A DNA stretch of 64,000 nucleotides, taken from the NCBI GenBank assembly GCA_000146465.1, contig CP001951.1, one strand, 5' to 3'. This document shows, in pieces, positions 48,958 to 59,110 of this stretch. Within the stretch, counting starts at the first letter, position 1. The number at the start of each line of letters is the position of its first letter. Both the position numbers and the translations under genes were made by a program. The notes beneath the pieces are model-generated. The model was not told the DNA's origin. It made no database searches and worked only from the letters and a program-made list of their open reading frames with translations.

Positions 48958-50331
48958 TTACTTTTTTCTGATCCTTTTTTTAGGTTTAGTCCCCTTTCTC
49001 TCGGTTTTTTCAGGCTTAACAAACTTTTCAAACTTGACGTTCTTCAGCTCTGCCATTCCAGGTATTTTCTCCAGAAAGAAAAGCTCGGCCAAAGAGTTGA
49101 AGTCCAAGCCCTTGTAGTCCAAGATGTAAGACACAAAGTGCTCCTTGTATGACCTTATGTAGGACACAAAGGCCTTAACAGAAAGGTTTAGGAGATCAGA
49201 ATCAATCTTGCTCTTTATGTCGCTATAGGAAGTCGAAGGCTTTATCTTGTAACTGCTCTCTGCCACGGGAATCCCCTTCAGCTTTAGAAACTCGGTATAT
49301 GCTTTCTCATTCGGCATCACAAAGAGGATGGACTCCCCTTTGCATCCATTTCTGGCCGTTCGTCCACTTCTGTGGACTATACTGCTGTATTCCTTTGGGA
49401 TGTCAAAATGCACTACCAAATCCACATCCTGAAAGTCGATTCCCCTTGCCGCCACGTCTGTGCAGAAAAGAAGGCTGTTTCCCTTGAAAAACTCTCTGTA
49501 GACCCTATTTCGCTCATCTTGGGGGATCTTCCCATGTATCTTGCAGATGTTTTGCAGCCCAGCTCTCGAAAGCAGACTAGAAAAGAAGTCCACCTCGTTG
49601 CAAGTTGCAAAGAAAACAATACATCTTCGCCCAGGGACAATATCAACTAGAGCAAATAGCTTGTCCATAGGACTTAGAACAATATATTCGAGAGCGACAG
49701 GCATTGCGTTGTTCCCTACATTGATGCTAACAGGATTCCTTAGAGAAGACATCGAGAGCTTGCTCACAGAGTCGTTGATTGTTGCGGAAAATAGGCCTGT
49801 AACTCTGTTTTTTGGAAGCTTTGCAAGTAGTTGCAGGAGCTTTTCCTCAAACCCAAAGCCCAGTAGCTTATCTGCTTCATCAAGTATAGCATGTCTGACC
49901 CGTGAAAATTTCTTTGTGTCTCTACCGACAATCTCCAAGAGTCTTCCCGGCGTTCCAACAACAATGGGAAATTCCTTCTTCATTCTTTCGTAGTCATCTT
50001 CAATGTTCATTCCGCCGATAAAGCATTCGCATCCCACCCCAAACAGATCGGCTACGTCCTTGATCTGCAAGGCAAGCTCTCTAGTCGGTGTGATAATCAT
50101 CGCTACAATTCCCTTCTCTTCTCTCCTGTCGTATATCGCACTAAGTATTGGTGCAAGAAACGCCATGGTCTTTCCTGTACCTGTTGGAGACTGGACCACC
50201 ACATCCTTTCCCTTCAGCATTTCCGGAACACACATCTGTTGAACATCAGTCATCTTCCCAAACCCGTTCGCTTCTATTTCCTTCTTCAAAATGCTGTTTA
50301 TAGGAATATCTTCAATTCCCCTGGGACGCAT
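48958..50331 (-). CDS. SPB4: DEAD-box ATP-dependent RNA helicase, SPB4/DDX55-like
   Basis: Motifs SPTGTGKTMAF, TPTRELALQI, LDEAD, RVTGLFSAT (the SPB4-type motif III), LFCTDVAARGIDFQDVDLVVHFDIP and HRSGRTARNG. ATG is verified. Confidence 0.85.
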   Translation of the reverse strand: MRPRGIEDIPINSILKKEIEANGFGKMTDVQQMCVPEMLKGKDVVVQSPTGTGKTMAFLAPILSAIYDRREEKGIVAMIITPTRELALQIKDVADLFGVGCECFIGGMNIEDDYERMKKEFPIVVGTPGRLLEIVGRDTKKFSRVRHAILDEADKLLGFGFEEKLLQLLAKLPKNRVTGLFSATINDSVSKLSMSSLRNPVSINVGNNAMPVALEYIVLSPMDKLFALVDIVPGRRCIVFFATCNEVDFFSSLLSRAGLQNICKIHGKIPQDERNRVYREFFKGNSLLFCTDVAARGIDFQDVDLVVHFDIPKEYSSIVHRSGRTARNGCKGESILFVMPNEKAYTEFLKLKGIPVAESSYKIKPSTSYSDIKSKIDSDLLNLSVKAFVSYIRSYKEHFVSYILDYKGLDFNSLAELFFLEKIPGMAELKNVKFEKFVKPEKTERKGTKPKKRIRKK

Positions 50332-50408
50332 TAAAACCGGGACACATCCTAGTTGATCTAAAAATACAAAATTCCGTAAAACTTATAGCTCTCTCTAAAC
50401 TTTTATTC

Positions 50409-52076
50409 TCAGCTTCCAGAAGGTAGAACCCATGTCTTTAGTATCGAGTTGTATCTTTTGAAAACAGAGCGCGAGATGATTCCGTCCTCAACCAATAAAT
50501 AGCCGTACTTGAAGACCACGTTCATCTTGATGTCAGGTGGGCACTCCCCGAGCCCCTGTATGATGAGATCCATAAGCATCTCCTGCTTCTCTATTTCTCT
50601 CATGTGTCCGTCGAGAATAGAGAAGAACATGGAGGCCTTGATCGTTGATCCATCTATGTCGTTAAAGTCTATCATTTCCACTAAGAACATCGAAAATGCT
50701 TCTATCAGATCGAGAGAGGAAGCGTTCCTCACTATTCTCAGGAGAGTTATTTGCTTGACAACATCGTCCATGTCCACTCTGTCCAGATCCTCCCGCTCAA
50801 CCACAGAAAGCAGATACAGCACAACATCGTCAAAAAAAGATGTTCCTCTTCGGGGCTCCTTCTCCTCGAAAACAGCCTCCTCAGCCTCATCCTCCAAGTA
50901 GTTGTAGTGAATAACTCTTCCCTCAGAAAAGACTATGTGGTCCATAAAGTCCTCCTTTACCGAAATATCATCCCATATAATGCATCTGTCTATGTTTCCC
51001 CCGATAAAGCATCCATGCCCAACCACCGAGTTCTTGATGAAATGATTCATCTTAAACTTCAAGTCGCATCCGATAACAGTATTTGATATCGGTTCATGGA
51101 ACTCCACATCCGGGATGTCGAAGAAAAAGTTGCTTTCCACCTGTACAAAGCTCCGAAAATCCCCAGAGTTATGGCATTTAAATCTCAGTAGGTCCACAGC
51201 TTTTCCCTCCCTGACATCTTCGTTGAACTTAAAGTAGTCGTACAATGTGACAATCTCCCTGCTGTAAAATCTATTTCTTCTTTCAATGCTGAGTTGCTCT
51301 ATGTTTCCATTTACATCCATCATATCTCCCTGTCTGCAGCACATTATCTTGAAGTTATATGCGTTGAACCCAAGAATCCCTCCAACCAGATCCCCAAGAG
51401 TTTTGAAGTCGAAGTTCTCTGTGAAGAGTGGAAAAATTGCCGATGACACAACTGCTATTGTCGGGGAGGATAGATTTGCAGTGAATTCGATCGTCCCATC
51501 GCTTTCTACTGCCTCTCTAACCTTCTCACTGTTACACTTCTCATTGATACATTTGTTGTAGAAGATAACCTCATTGTCCCGGAACCCATATAAGTGCGAC
51601 ACCCTACTGTTGCTTTCGTTAGGGTGCAAAAACAGAGTCATCACAAAGCTTTTGTCTTCTCTATGCCTATTGATAATACTTCTAAGAGGATAGTTCGTAT
51701 AGTGATTTGCATATATGACCAGAAGATCGTCGAACTCAAGTCCGTTGTCATCGATGTGTCTCATCAGATCTCCCAACGATTTCCCATCGCATCCAAGCGA
51801 TATGATATTCATCCTCCCCCCAAGTTCTGTTTTCTTGACATGTTTTATCACCTCTTCGCAATCACTCCCTGCAAGAACCACATTGAAGAATTTCTGATCA
51901 CAAAGGCTCGATAGAATATACTCTATCATGGGTATATTTGCCACAGGAAACAGAGACAAATTTTTCCGGAGGCTGGTCATCTCCGCAGGGATCTGCTTTG
52001 TCTCATAGAAGTCACAAATCAAAAGGATTATCTCTCTGTTTTCCCTTATAAAGTTTTTAATGTCCCTGATTTCCAT
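50409..52076 (-). CDS. GCD6: translation initiation factor eIF2B epsilon subunit (GCD6-like)
   Basis: The N-terminal nucleotidyltransferase-like domain reads ILLICDFYETKQIPAE...LFPVANIPMIEYIL. The left-handed beta-helix hexapeptide region reads IKNSVVGHGCFIGGNIDRCIIWDD, matching Gcd6 IENSVIGRNCQIGENIRIKNSFIWDD. A C-terminal W2-like domain is present. The track start at 52079 is a TTG, and the first ATG is at 52076. Confidence 0.8.
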   Translation of the reverse strand: MEIRDIKNFIRENREIILLICDFYETKQIPAEMTSLRKNLSLFPVANIPMIEYILSSLCDQKFFNVVLAGSDCEEVIKHVKKTELGGRMNIISLGCDGKSLGDLMRHIDDNGLEFDDLLVIYANHYTNYPLRSIINRHREDKSFVMTLFLHPNESNSRVSHLYGFRDNEVIFYNKCINEKCNSEKVREAVESDGTIEFTANLSSPTIAVVSSAIFPLFTENFDFKTLGDLVGGILGFNAYNFKIMCCRQGDMMDVNGNIEQLSIERRNRFYSREIVTLYDYFKFNEDVREGKAVDLLRFKCHNSGDFRSFVQVESNFFFDIPDVEFHEPISNTVIGCDLKFKMNHFIKNSVVGHGCFIGGNIDRCIIWDDISVKEDFMDHIVFSEGRVIHYNYLEDEAEEAVFEEKEPRRGTSFFDDVVLYLLSVVEREDLDRVDMDDVVKQITLLRIVRNASSLDLIEAFSMFLVEMIDFNDIDGSTIKASMFFSILDGHMREIEKQEMLMDLIIQGLGECPPDIKMNVVFKYGYLLVEDGIISRSVFKRYNSILKTWVLPSGS

Positions 52077-52261
52077 CAATTGAAGGGTATTTAGATTTAT
52101 TTTTGTTTATCGCCTAGACACTATTGATACATCCCAATCAAAACGGCCACACGTTCAGGTATCCTATTTGTGTTCCCCATCTCAAGCACCATGGCCATCA
52201 AGTTCCTCTACAGTGTTTCAGGCCTGCCTGCCTAACATGCAAACTATTTCATAATCAAAAT

Positions 52262-55039
52262 TTAATTTTCATAAATATTACTTGCCTCTCCTCGCCCTGC
52301 CGATCTTTGCAGTGTTTCCTTTATCCTTTCAGCCCTTTCAACAATTTCTTCCGGAACCCCTGCCATTCTTGCAACATACAACCCATGGGAGTCCCAGGAC
52401 GTCCCATCCATGAGCTTGTACAAAAACACAATGTCCTTTCCCTTAACCGTCGAATTCATATATCCATTACTGACTCCTTCAACCTCTCTGATGATCCTGT
52501 GATAATGGGTTGAAAACAGAACATGGCATCCTCTCTCCTTAAGGTAGTCCAGAACGGCCCTGGCAATGCACTCTCCGTCTCGGGTCGAAGTCCCTCGTCC
52601 AAGTTCGTCCATCATCACAAGGGAGTTTCTTGTTGAGTGCTTCAGGATGCTTGCCGTTTCCCCTAGCTCAACCATAAACGTCGATTCTCCCTTTACCAGG
52701 TCATCCCGTGCCCCTATCCTGGTAAATATCCTGTCAAAGAGAGGCGTCTCCATCTTCTCACAGCACACATCCATTCCTGCCTGGCTGAGAATTACATTGA
52801 AGCACAAAGTCCTTAATAAGGTCGACTTTCCCCCCATGTTGGCACCAGTAAGCACAAGAATTCTCTTTTGTGCATTGTAGTCATTTGCTACAAAGGTAGG
52901 ATATATTGGATTCGACATTCCACAGATGCGAAGCCCTTCCGAAAAGGTGGGGGTTGTTGCTCTGTTCCTTTGCGAAAAGGTAGTAAACGAAAGATAACAA
53001 TCTACATTTGCAAGTTCCCAGAACATCTGGCGGAAGAAAACAACATGTGGAAGAAGTACATCTATGGCTCGCCTAAGCAACGACCCCTTGGATTGGAATA
53101 TCTTCTCTTCGCACTCAACATATCTTTCAACAAGATTTTTCAAATCTCTTGTGTAGTACCTATTGGTTCCCTTGGTGGAAGACATTATGAAGTAGTCTGA
53201 TGGAACTTTCGTCTCCTTTGCTACCTCCATTTGGAATATGTCCTTTCCTACGTCTTTGAACTTTATCGATTGACATTTTAGCCTGGCCTTTTGTTCCCGT
53301 AAATATTCATTCAGGCCTTCCTCAATTTCTCTCCTTTCTTTCATCAACTGGCACAGTTCATCTCCATCCTCCTCTCCAGGAGATATTTCTGTCTCGCTCA
53401 CATCATAGATTTTACGGTGCCATTCAAGCACTTTGCTTATTTCCCGGCTGAATTCTTCTGCCTTTGCAACCATAGATTCTGCGCTATCACTTTTCTGGCC
53501 CTTCAGTGTCTGTACCAAGACATCTCCTGCCTCTCTACAGGCATCCAGACACCTAATGAATTTGTTTAGGTCCTTAGTACCCGGGTTTCCATTGAAGAGC
53601 CTTGTCAAAAGCCTCTCCCCATCCCCTATCCTCGCCAAGGCATTCTTTAGGTTAGAAACCTCCACCTCTTTGAACATACGTGCTGTTTCTTGTCTCTTTG
53701 CAATGTCCTCCCTCCTTACAAGTGGTGCTGCTATCCATCTTCTAAGGAGCCTTTGTCCAAAGGGTGTGCTAGAGAAGTCAATTGCCTTGAAGAGAGTCTT
53801 CTCCCCTGTTCCATTGTAATTGTTCTTGAATATCTCCATATTCCGGAGAGTGGCGTCATCAACAACCATGGTTCTTGCCTCGTCCTGAAGCTTCGAGATC
53901 TTTACATTCTTCAAAGCATCACTTCTCCGAAGCTTCTCCATATACTTTGCCAAATACTGGAAACATACATACTCTCTGGAGTTTGAAAACTCATACTTCT
54001 TGCTTGACACATATCCCGTCTTATCAGGCACAACCCGTGGAATCCCTGGGATGGTGAAGTCTGCAATCATCTCCCGGACATCGTGTTGGGACAGAATTGT
54101 CTTGATTCCATGTCTTGCTCTGTCATCACAGAAAGACGAAAAATACACTTCTCCAATGCTTGCATCATACAGCAAAACAGATGTATGAATCTCTCCATTG
54201 CACTTCTCTGCATAACAAATCTCATCTGTCGCCACACTCATCAAATACATAGGAATTGACGACTTCATGTAGTCTATATTGTATATCGTCCCCTGTGTAA
54301 TAATCTCCTTAAGCTCTCGCCGTATTATTTTGTCCTTGGCCATCCTGCCCTCCACTCCCTTGCTCAGCTCGTCTCTTTCTCGTATCTGCTTTCCAATCAT
54401 GTTTTCGCTTTGGTCTACTCTAGCAATCTTGTATCCGTTCTCCAGAAACTTTCTGGTCCAGTAGTCAAGACTACTCTCAGGGAACCCGGACATCTTCATG
54501 TTTACTCTATCTGTAATTCTCAGATCAAATAGTTTTGCTCCGATAAGTGCATCGTTCTCGTATAGCTCGTAGAACTTTCCCTTCTTAAAGAACACAATCG
54601 TATCAAAATGATCCTTCTTTATGTCCCAAAATTGCTTTTCAAAGGGTGTAAATCTATTGTACTCGCTCTTCGGTATCAAGAGCGTTGAGGGATCATATCC
54701 TTCTTCTCCCACTCTTCTCCCGTTTCTGTCCCTAATATCTTCCAGAAATTTATATCTCTCCTCTGTCTTCTTCTCTTCTTTTTCTTCTTTTCCTAATCCC
54801 TTGTTGCTTCTATAAGATGGCTCCACATCCGAGGGTACTATAGGTTTGGAACCATCTGCTGCCTCTTCTCTTTCCTCGGGACTTGGAGCCTTACAAATTC
54901 TCTTGTGCTCCTTGAGATCCAAAATACCAGTGGAGTTTCTGCTGTTCTCCAAATCAACCATCCGGTCCAATGTCTCCCCAGAATCCTCCTTTTTCTTCGG
55001 AGCTTTAAAGTAGTCAAATAGTGTCTTTCTTTCTTTCAT
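52262..55039 (-). CDS. MSH6: DNA mismatch repair protein MutS homolog, MSH6-like
   Basis: The MutS ATPase domain reads LTGANMGGKSTLLRTLCFNVILSQAGMDVCCEKME...STFMVELGETASIL...MMDELGRGTSTRDG...THYH. The N-terminal mismatch-binding domain carries the MSH6-type Phe-x-Glu in MSGFPESSLDYWTRKFLENGYKIARVDQSE. The track start at 55057 is a GTG, and the first ATG is at 55039. Confidence 0.85.
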   Translation of the reverse strand: MKERKTLFDYFKAPKKKEDSGETLDRMVDLENSRNSTGILDLKEHKRICKAPSPEEREEAADGSKPIVPSDVEPSYRSNKGLGKEEKEEKKTEERYKFLEDIRDRNGRRVGEEGYDPSTLLIPKSEYNRFTPFEKQFWDIKKDHFDTIVFFKKGKFYELYENDALIGAKLFDLRITDRVNMKMSGFPESSLDYWTRKFLENGYKIARVDQSENMIGKQIRERDELSKGVEGRMAKDKIIRRELKEIITQGTIYNIDYMKSSIPMYLMSVATDEICYAEKCNGEIHTSVLLYDASIGEVYFSSFCDDRARHGIKTILSQHDVREMIADFTIPGIPRVVPDKTGYVSSKKYEFSNSREYVCFQYLAKYMEKLRRSDALKNVKISKLQDEARTMVVDDATLRNMEIFKNNYNGTGEKTLFKAIDFSSTPFGQRLLRRWIAAPLVRREDIAKRQETARMFKEVEVSNLKNALARIGDGERLLTRLFNGNPGTKDLNKFIRCLDACREAGDVLVQTLKGQKSDSAESMVAKAEEFSREISKVLEWHRKIYDVSETEISPGEEDGDELCQLMKERREIEEGLNEYLREQKARLKCQSIKFKDVGKDIFQMEVAKETKVPSDYFIMSSTKGTNRYYTRDLKNLVERYVECEEKIFQSKGSLLRRAIDVLLPHVVFFRQMFWELANVDCYLSFTTFSQRNRATTPTFSEGLRICGMSNPIYPTFVANDYNAQKRILVLTGANMGGKSTLLRTLCFNVILSQAGMDVCCEKMETPLFDRIFTRIGARDDLVKGESTFMVELGETASILKHSTRNSLVMMDELGRGTSTRDGECIARAVLDYLKERGCHVLFSTHYHRIIREVEGVSNGYMNSTVKGKDIVFLYKLMDGTSWDSHGLYVARMAGVPEEIVERAERIKETLQRSAGRGEASNIYEN

Positions 55040-55064
55040 TTCCTGGCCTCTTACCACCGAAAAT

Positions 55065-56165
55065 TTATACAGGCCTGGGGCTTTTTACAGATGCACTTGC
55101 AACTAGAACAAGCACAACAAAGGCTGCTACAGACATCAGCTCCAAGCTTACATCTGGAGTCCGCCCAGACAGAAGCACGCCCATAGTTACTGTGAGTGTG
55201 GAGAGAAGATGCCTCTGGAACAGCTTCATGGAGTCTTTGCTGACACATTTGTTTATGCAGGGACAATGATGATCAAACCCAAGCACACATCTCTCGCAGA
55301 TAGAGCAATGTTTGGTTCCACCAGCTTTCCGTACTAGGCACGTGTAGCAGAAATGCTCCATTGTGTATTCGTCTTGTTCTATCATCGTAGACACCAACTC
55401 CCTTGCCTCTTGGTATGTACCCACAGGACCGAACCTTGGTCTGGTCAAGAACAAACAAACCAGATTGAAGAAATACTCAAGTGTGTGGGTTGTATGCTCA
55501 AAGTCTTCTCCAAGCACCTTGTAGCTAATGTAGAAAGAATAAAACAGATTGAGATACACAGGAAGTCTTGTGCGTGCCACTCTTCCCCAGAAGATCAGAA
55601 AAACAGCAACAACTCCAACTTGCCATGCCTTCCCTAAGAAAAAAGATCCCCAGTGCATCCCTATCGATATTCCTTCTATCATCCAGATCTTATACCTGTC
55701 CGTAACTCGATTTGCTTCCAGAAACCTCTCCACATTCCTAGCACGCTTTCCCCTTGCATATACACGCAGCGTTCTTCCCTTGAAGTCTTCGACACCCGCG
55801 TCTGCACCATAGCTCAAGAGAAGAACCATTCCTAGCACATCGTCAAATCTGGCACACGTATGCAACAGCCCCATTCCACTTTTGTTCACATAGGTGATGT
55901 CTGCACCGTTTTCTATCAGGAGTTTCATAACCTTATAGTTTGAGTTGTAAAGTGCATAGTATAGGGGCGAGCTATCAAGAGCTCCTCCAACACTGTTAAC
56001 AATCCCAGGATCCTTCACCAGTCTATGGCAGACGTCCAGGTTGTTGTACATCGACGCCCAATGAATAAGACCGGTTCCATCGGAAAAACTGTAGCTGTTT
56101 GGAACCGAATCCAGAAATACTGAGCTATTTGCCATTAAGGCTGCCTTTATTTCCTCATCGTCCAT
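55065..56165 (-). CDS. AKR1: ankyrin-repeat DHHC-type palmitoyltransferase (AKR1-like)
   Basis: N-terminal ankyrin repeats (GLIHWASMYNNLDVCHRLV, SPLYYALYNSNYKVMKLLIENGAD). Transmembrane segments are followed by the DHHC-CRD CYTCLVRKAGGTKHCSICERCVLGFDHHCPCINKCV. ATG is verified. Confidence 0.9.
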   Translation of the reverse strand: MDDEEIKAALMANSSVFLDSVPNSYSFSDGTGLIHWASMYNNLDVCHRLVKDPGIVNSVGGALDSSPLYYALYNSNYKVMKLLIENGADITYVNKSGMGLLHTCARFDDVLGMVLLLSYGADAGVEDFKGRTLRVYARGKRARNVERFLEANRVTDRYKIWMIEGISIGMHWGSFFLGKAWQVGVVAVFLIFWGRVARTRLPVYLNLFYSFYISYKVLGEDFEHTTHTLEYFFNLVCLFLTRPRFGPVGTYQEARELVSTMIEQDEYTMEHFCYTCLVRKAGGTKHCSICERCVLGFDHHCPCINKCVSKDSMKLFQRHLLSTLTVTMGVLLSGRTPDVSLELMSVAAFVVLVLVASASVKSPRPV

Positions 56166-56268
56166 CCGATAAACAAAATAGATAAATATAAGGTTGACAG
56201 GAGGCAGGAGAAAATGAACTCCTGGAGCATCTGGGAAGGATCTAATAAAAACATATTCGGAAGACCCT

Positions 56269-57069
56269 ATGATTCATGACGAAAAGATGCTTCTGAAGTC
56301 TCTGGAACACAAAAATATAGAGGAAAAAGAGATCTTCCCCTCAATATGCTCTGTTCTTGGCCTTCAGTACTTCTCGGAGGAGAACGGAGCCCTGGCACAT
56401 ACGCTTGCAAGTCCTTCATTCATCATAGACATATCTGGATTGAGTGCAAAGCTGACTTTTGTTGACGAAAGCTTTTCAAGGTATTTTAAATATGTCGAGT
56501 TCTACTTGTGCCAACATCTTGAGAAGAGGAACATGCGGGACTTCTACTTCTACCTTAGGATGTTTGTGCGGATGGAGACGGGAAACGAGGGGCTTGAGGA
56601 AAAGGACTCGGGAGACATTTGCCAATGTGTCTTTAATGGAGGCTACTGCATAAATCCGTCTTTCAGGGATGTGGCTAAAAGTAGTACCGATGGGATTTAC
56701 GACATATACAGGCACAGATTTGAATATCACATGTACACGAAAAGATTTATCTTCCCCATTCCTGTGAATGATCCTGTAGAAGATGAGGACTCTGGCTTCT
56801 TGGTGGCCGAGGGTGTGAATGGAAAGCAAATGAATGCAAAGGTAAGCCTGAACCTGTCCAGATACTTTGGGCCCAAAGCCTTTGACCGTGAGGTGCTCAG
56901 GATACTTCCCCATATAGGCTTTTATTGGAAAGGAATGGTGGATCATGAGGAAGTGGTTGTTCGGAAGGACCTTGGTGTATATGTCAACGGAGAGCTACGT
57001 AGAGATGCAGCCTTTCTCATGAAGCTTGGGAAGAACTTGCATCTTTCTCTTAACTTCCTCAGGGACTAG
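56269..57069 (+). CDS. hypothetical protein
   Basis: 266-aa ORF with an ATG preceded by gaagaccct. No recognisable domain. A 156-aa antisense ORF overlaps it. Confidence 0.5.
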   Translation: MIHDEKMLLKSLEHKNIEEKEIFPSICSVLGLQYFSEENGALAHTLASPSFIIDISGLSAKLTFVDESFSRYFKYVEFYLCQHLEKRNMRDFYFYLRMFVRMETGNEGLEEKDSGDICQCVFNGGYCINPSFRDVAKSSTDGIYDIYRHRFEYHMYTKRFIFPIPVNDPVEDEDSGFLVAEGVNGKQMNAKVSLNLSRYFGPKAFDREVLRILPHIGFYWKGMVDHEEVVVRKDLGVYVNGELRRDAAFLMKLGKNLHLSLNFLRD

Positions 57070-57141
57070 TCTCCCATGGCCAAGACTCTTCTTATCGCAC
57101 CCTGTACTTGAAAGTTCACAGGAGACAACCCTCCTCTCATA

Positions 57142-57645
57142 ATGCTGGTTGTGAACGGGACTGGTCTAAGAAGAAACTCAATTATAGAGTTATGTGTGTT
57201 TCCGGACATGAATGTTCATAGAATGATGGTTGAGCTGAGCAAACAGACAGACAATCCTGTATTCTTCGACACCGTTGGAAACCTAAGAGTAGTAGCAGAT
57301 GCCTCGTTTATCCTGAGCTATAGAAAACTTGTGAAGGCACTTCTGTCCCTGAAATCTAGAAGAGGATTTGTGCTGTTCATTGATTCCATTTCATTTCTTG
57401 CAGATAAATCTGTGGCAAATCTCCAGAGGTTTTACAACATTCTGTGGATGCTGATATACGAGAACGATGCCACTATTGTTGTATCGAACCACTACAGGAT
57501 CGTTAGAAATCGAGGAGCTCTTGACTTTGCACTTGAGTTGGGACAGAGGTGGAAAATGATGGTAAGCTACAGGATTATGTATAAATATGTTGGGGACAAG
57601 GTTGTTGCAAAGATCTATAGCGACGAGTTATTTGAGAAAGTTTGA
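57142..57645 (+). CDS. small RecA-fold protein, Rad51-paralog-like with a degenerate Walker A
   Basis: 167 aa. A Walker B-like GFVLFIDSISFL is followed by LWMLIYENDATIVVSNH (compare RecA/Rad51 LxxLAxExxxAVVxTNQ) and ALELGQRWKMMVSYRIMYK. The N-terminal GTGLRRNS replaces a GxxxxGKT P-loop. ATG is preceded by aaccctcctctc. Confidence 0.45.
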   Translation: MLVVNGTGLRRNSIIELCVFPDMNVHRMMVELSKQTDNPVFFDTVGNLRVVADASFILSYRKLVKALLSLKSRRGFVLFIDSISFLADKSVANLQRFYNILWMLIYENDATIVVSNHYRIVRNRGALDFALELGQRWKMMVSYRIMYKYVGDKVVAKIYSDELFEKV

Positions 57646-57710
57646 ATACATGAAAGTTTATAAAACCAATTCACACAACCCCTGTCTTAGATGTTTTATT
57701 CTAAAGCGAC

Positions 57711-57810
57711 TGCCGATGATGAGAGCTCTTGGCTTAGGCTTGCTAGTAGGGATTAAACCCACCCTCTGCAATATCCATATGATGAGAGCAACAAAGAGTC
57801 TCTGAGGCCT
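57711..57810 (+). ncRNA. candidate box C/D small nucleolar RNA
   Basis: Located in the 244-bp convergent spacer. The 5-prime part reads gcc-g-AUGAUGA (C box, 57716-57722). An internal C-prime box AUGAUGA lies at 57779-57785. The D box CUGA at 57802-57805 is followed by ggc, which can pair with the 5-prime gcc to form a terminal stem. A 16-nt putative guide gagcaacaaagagtct lies between C-prime and D. The 11-mer ATGATGAGAGC occurs twice. Confidence 0.3.
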
Positions 57811-57889
57811 TCAAATTAATGTTTATTCCATCTTCCCCCATCGCTTTCCAGAAAGGTCATTGAGGCCAAGCATCATGCATCAAACTGCT

Positions 57890-58990
<1,101 letters not shown>

Positions 58991-59110
58991 TTATCGGCTT
59001 GCCATAGCATTTCATTGGGAAACATTATTCTCTAATAACACCAACAGCCCGAACGGCCATAGGCCCCAACCTACAACCAAAGGACTTCCAAACCACATAA
59101 ACATATTAAT

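Noticed and set aside
57587-57805. 72-aa plus-strand ORF in the convergent spacer downstream of the RecA-like gene
   Set aside because: It has no start context or C-rich motif, and its product is unrecognisable. The region is better explained as 3-prime UTR plus the candidate C/D snoRNA.
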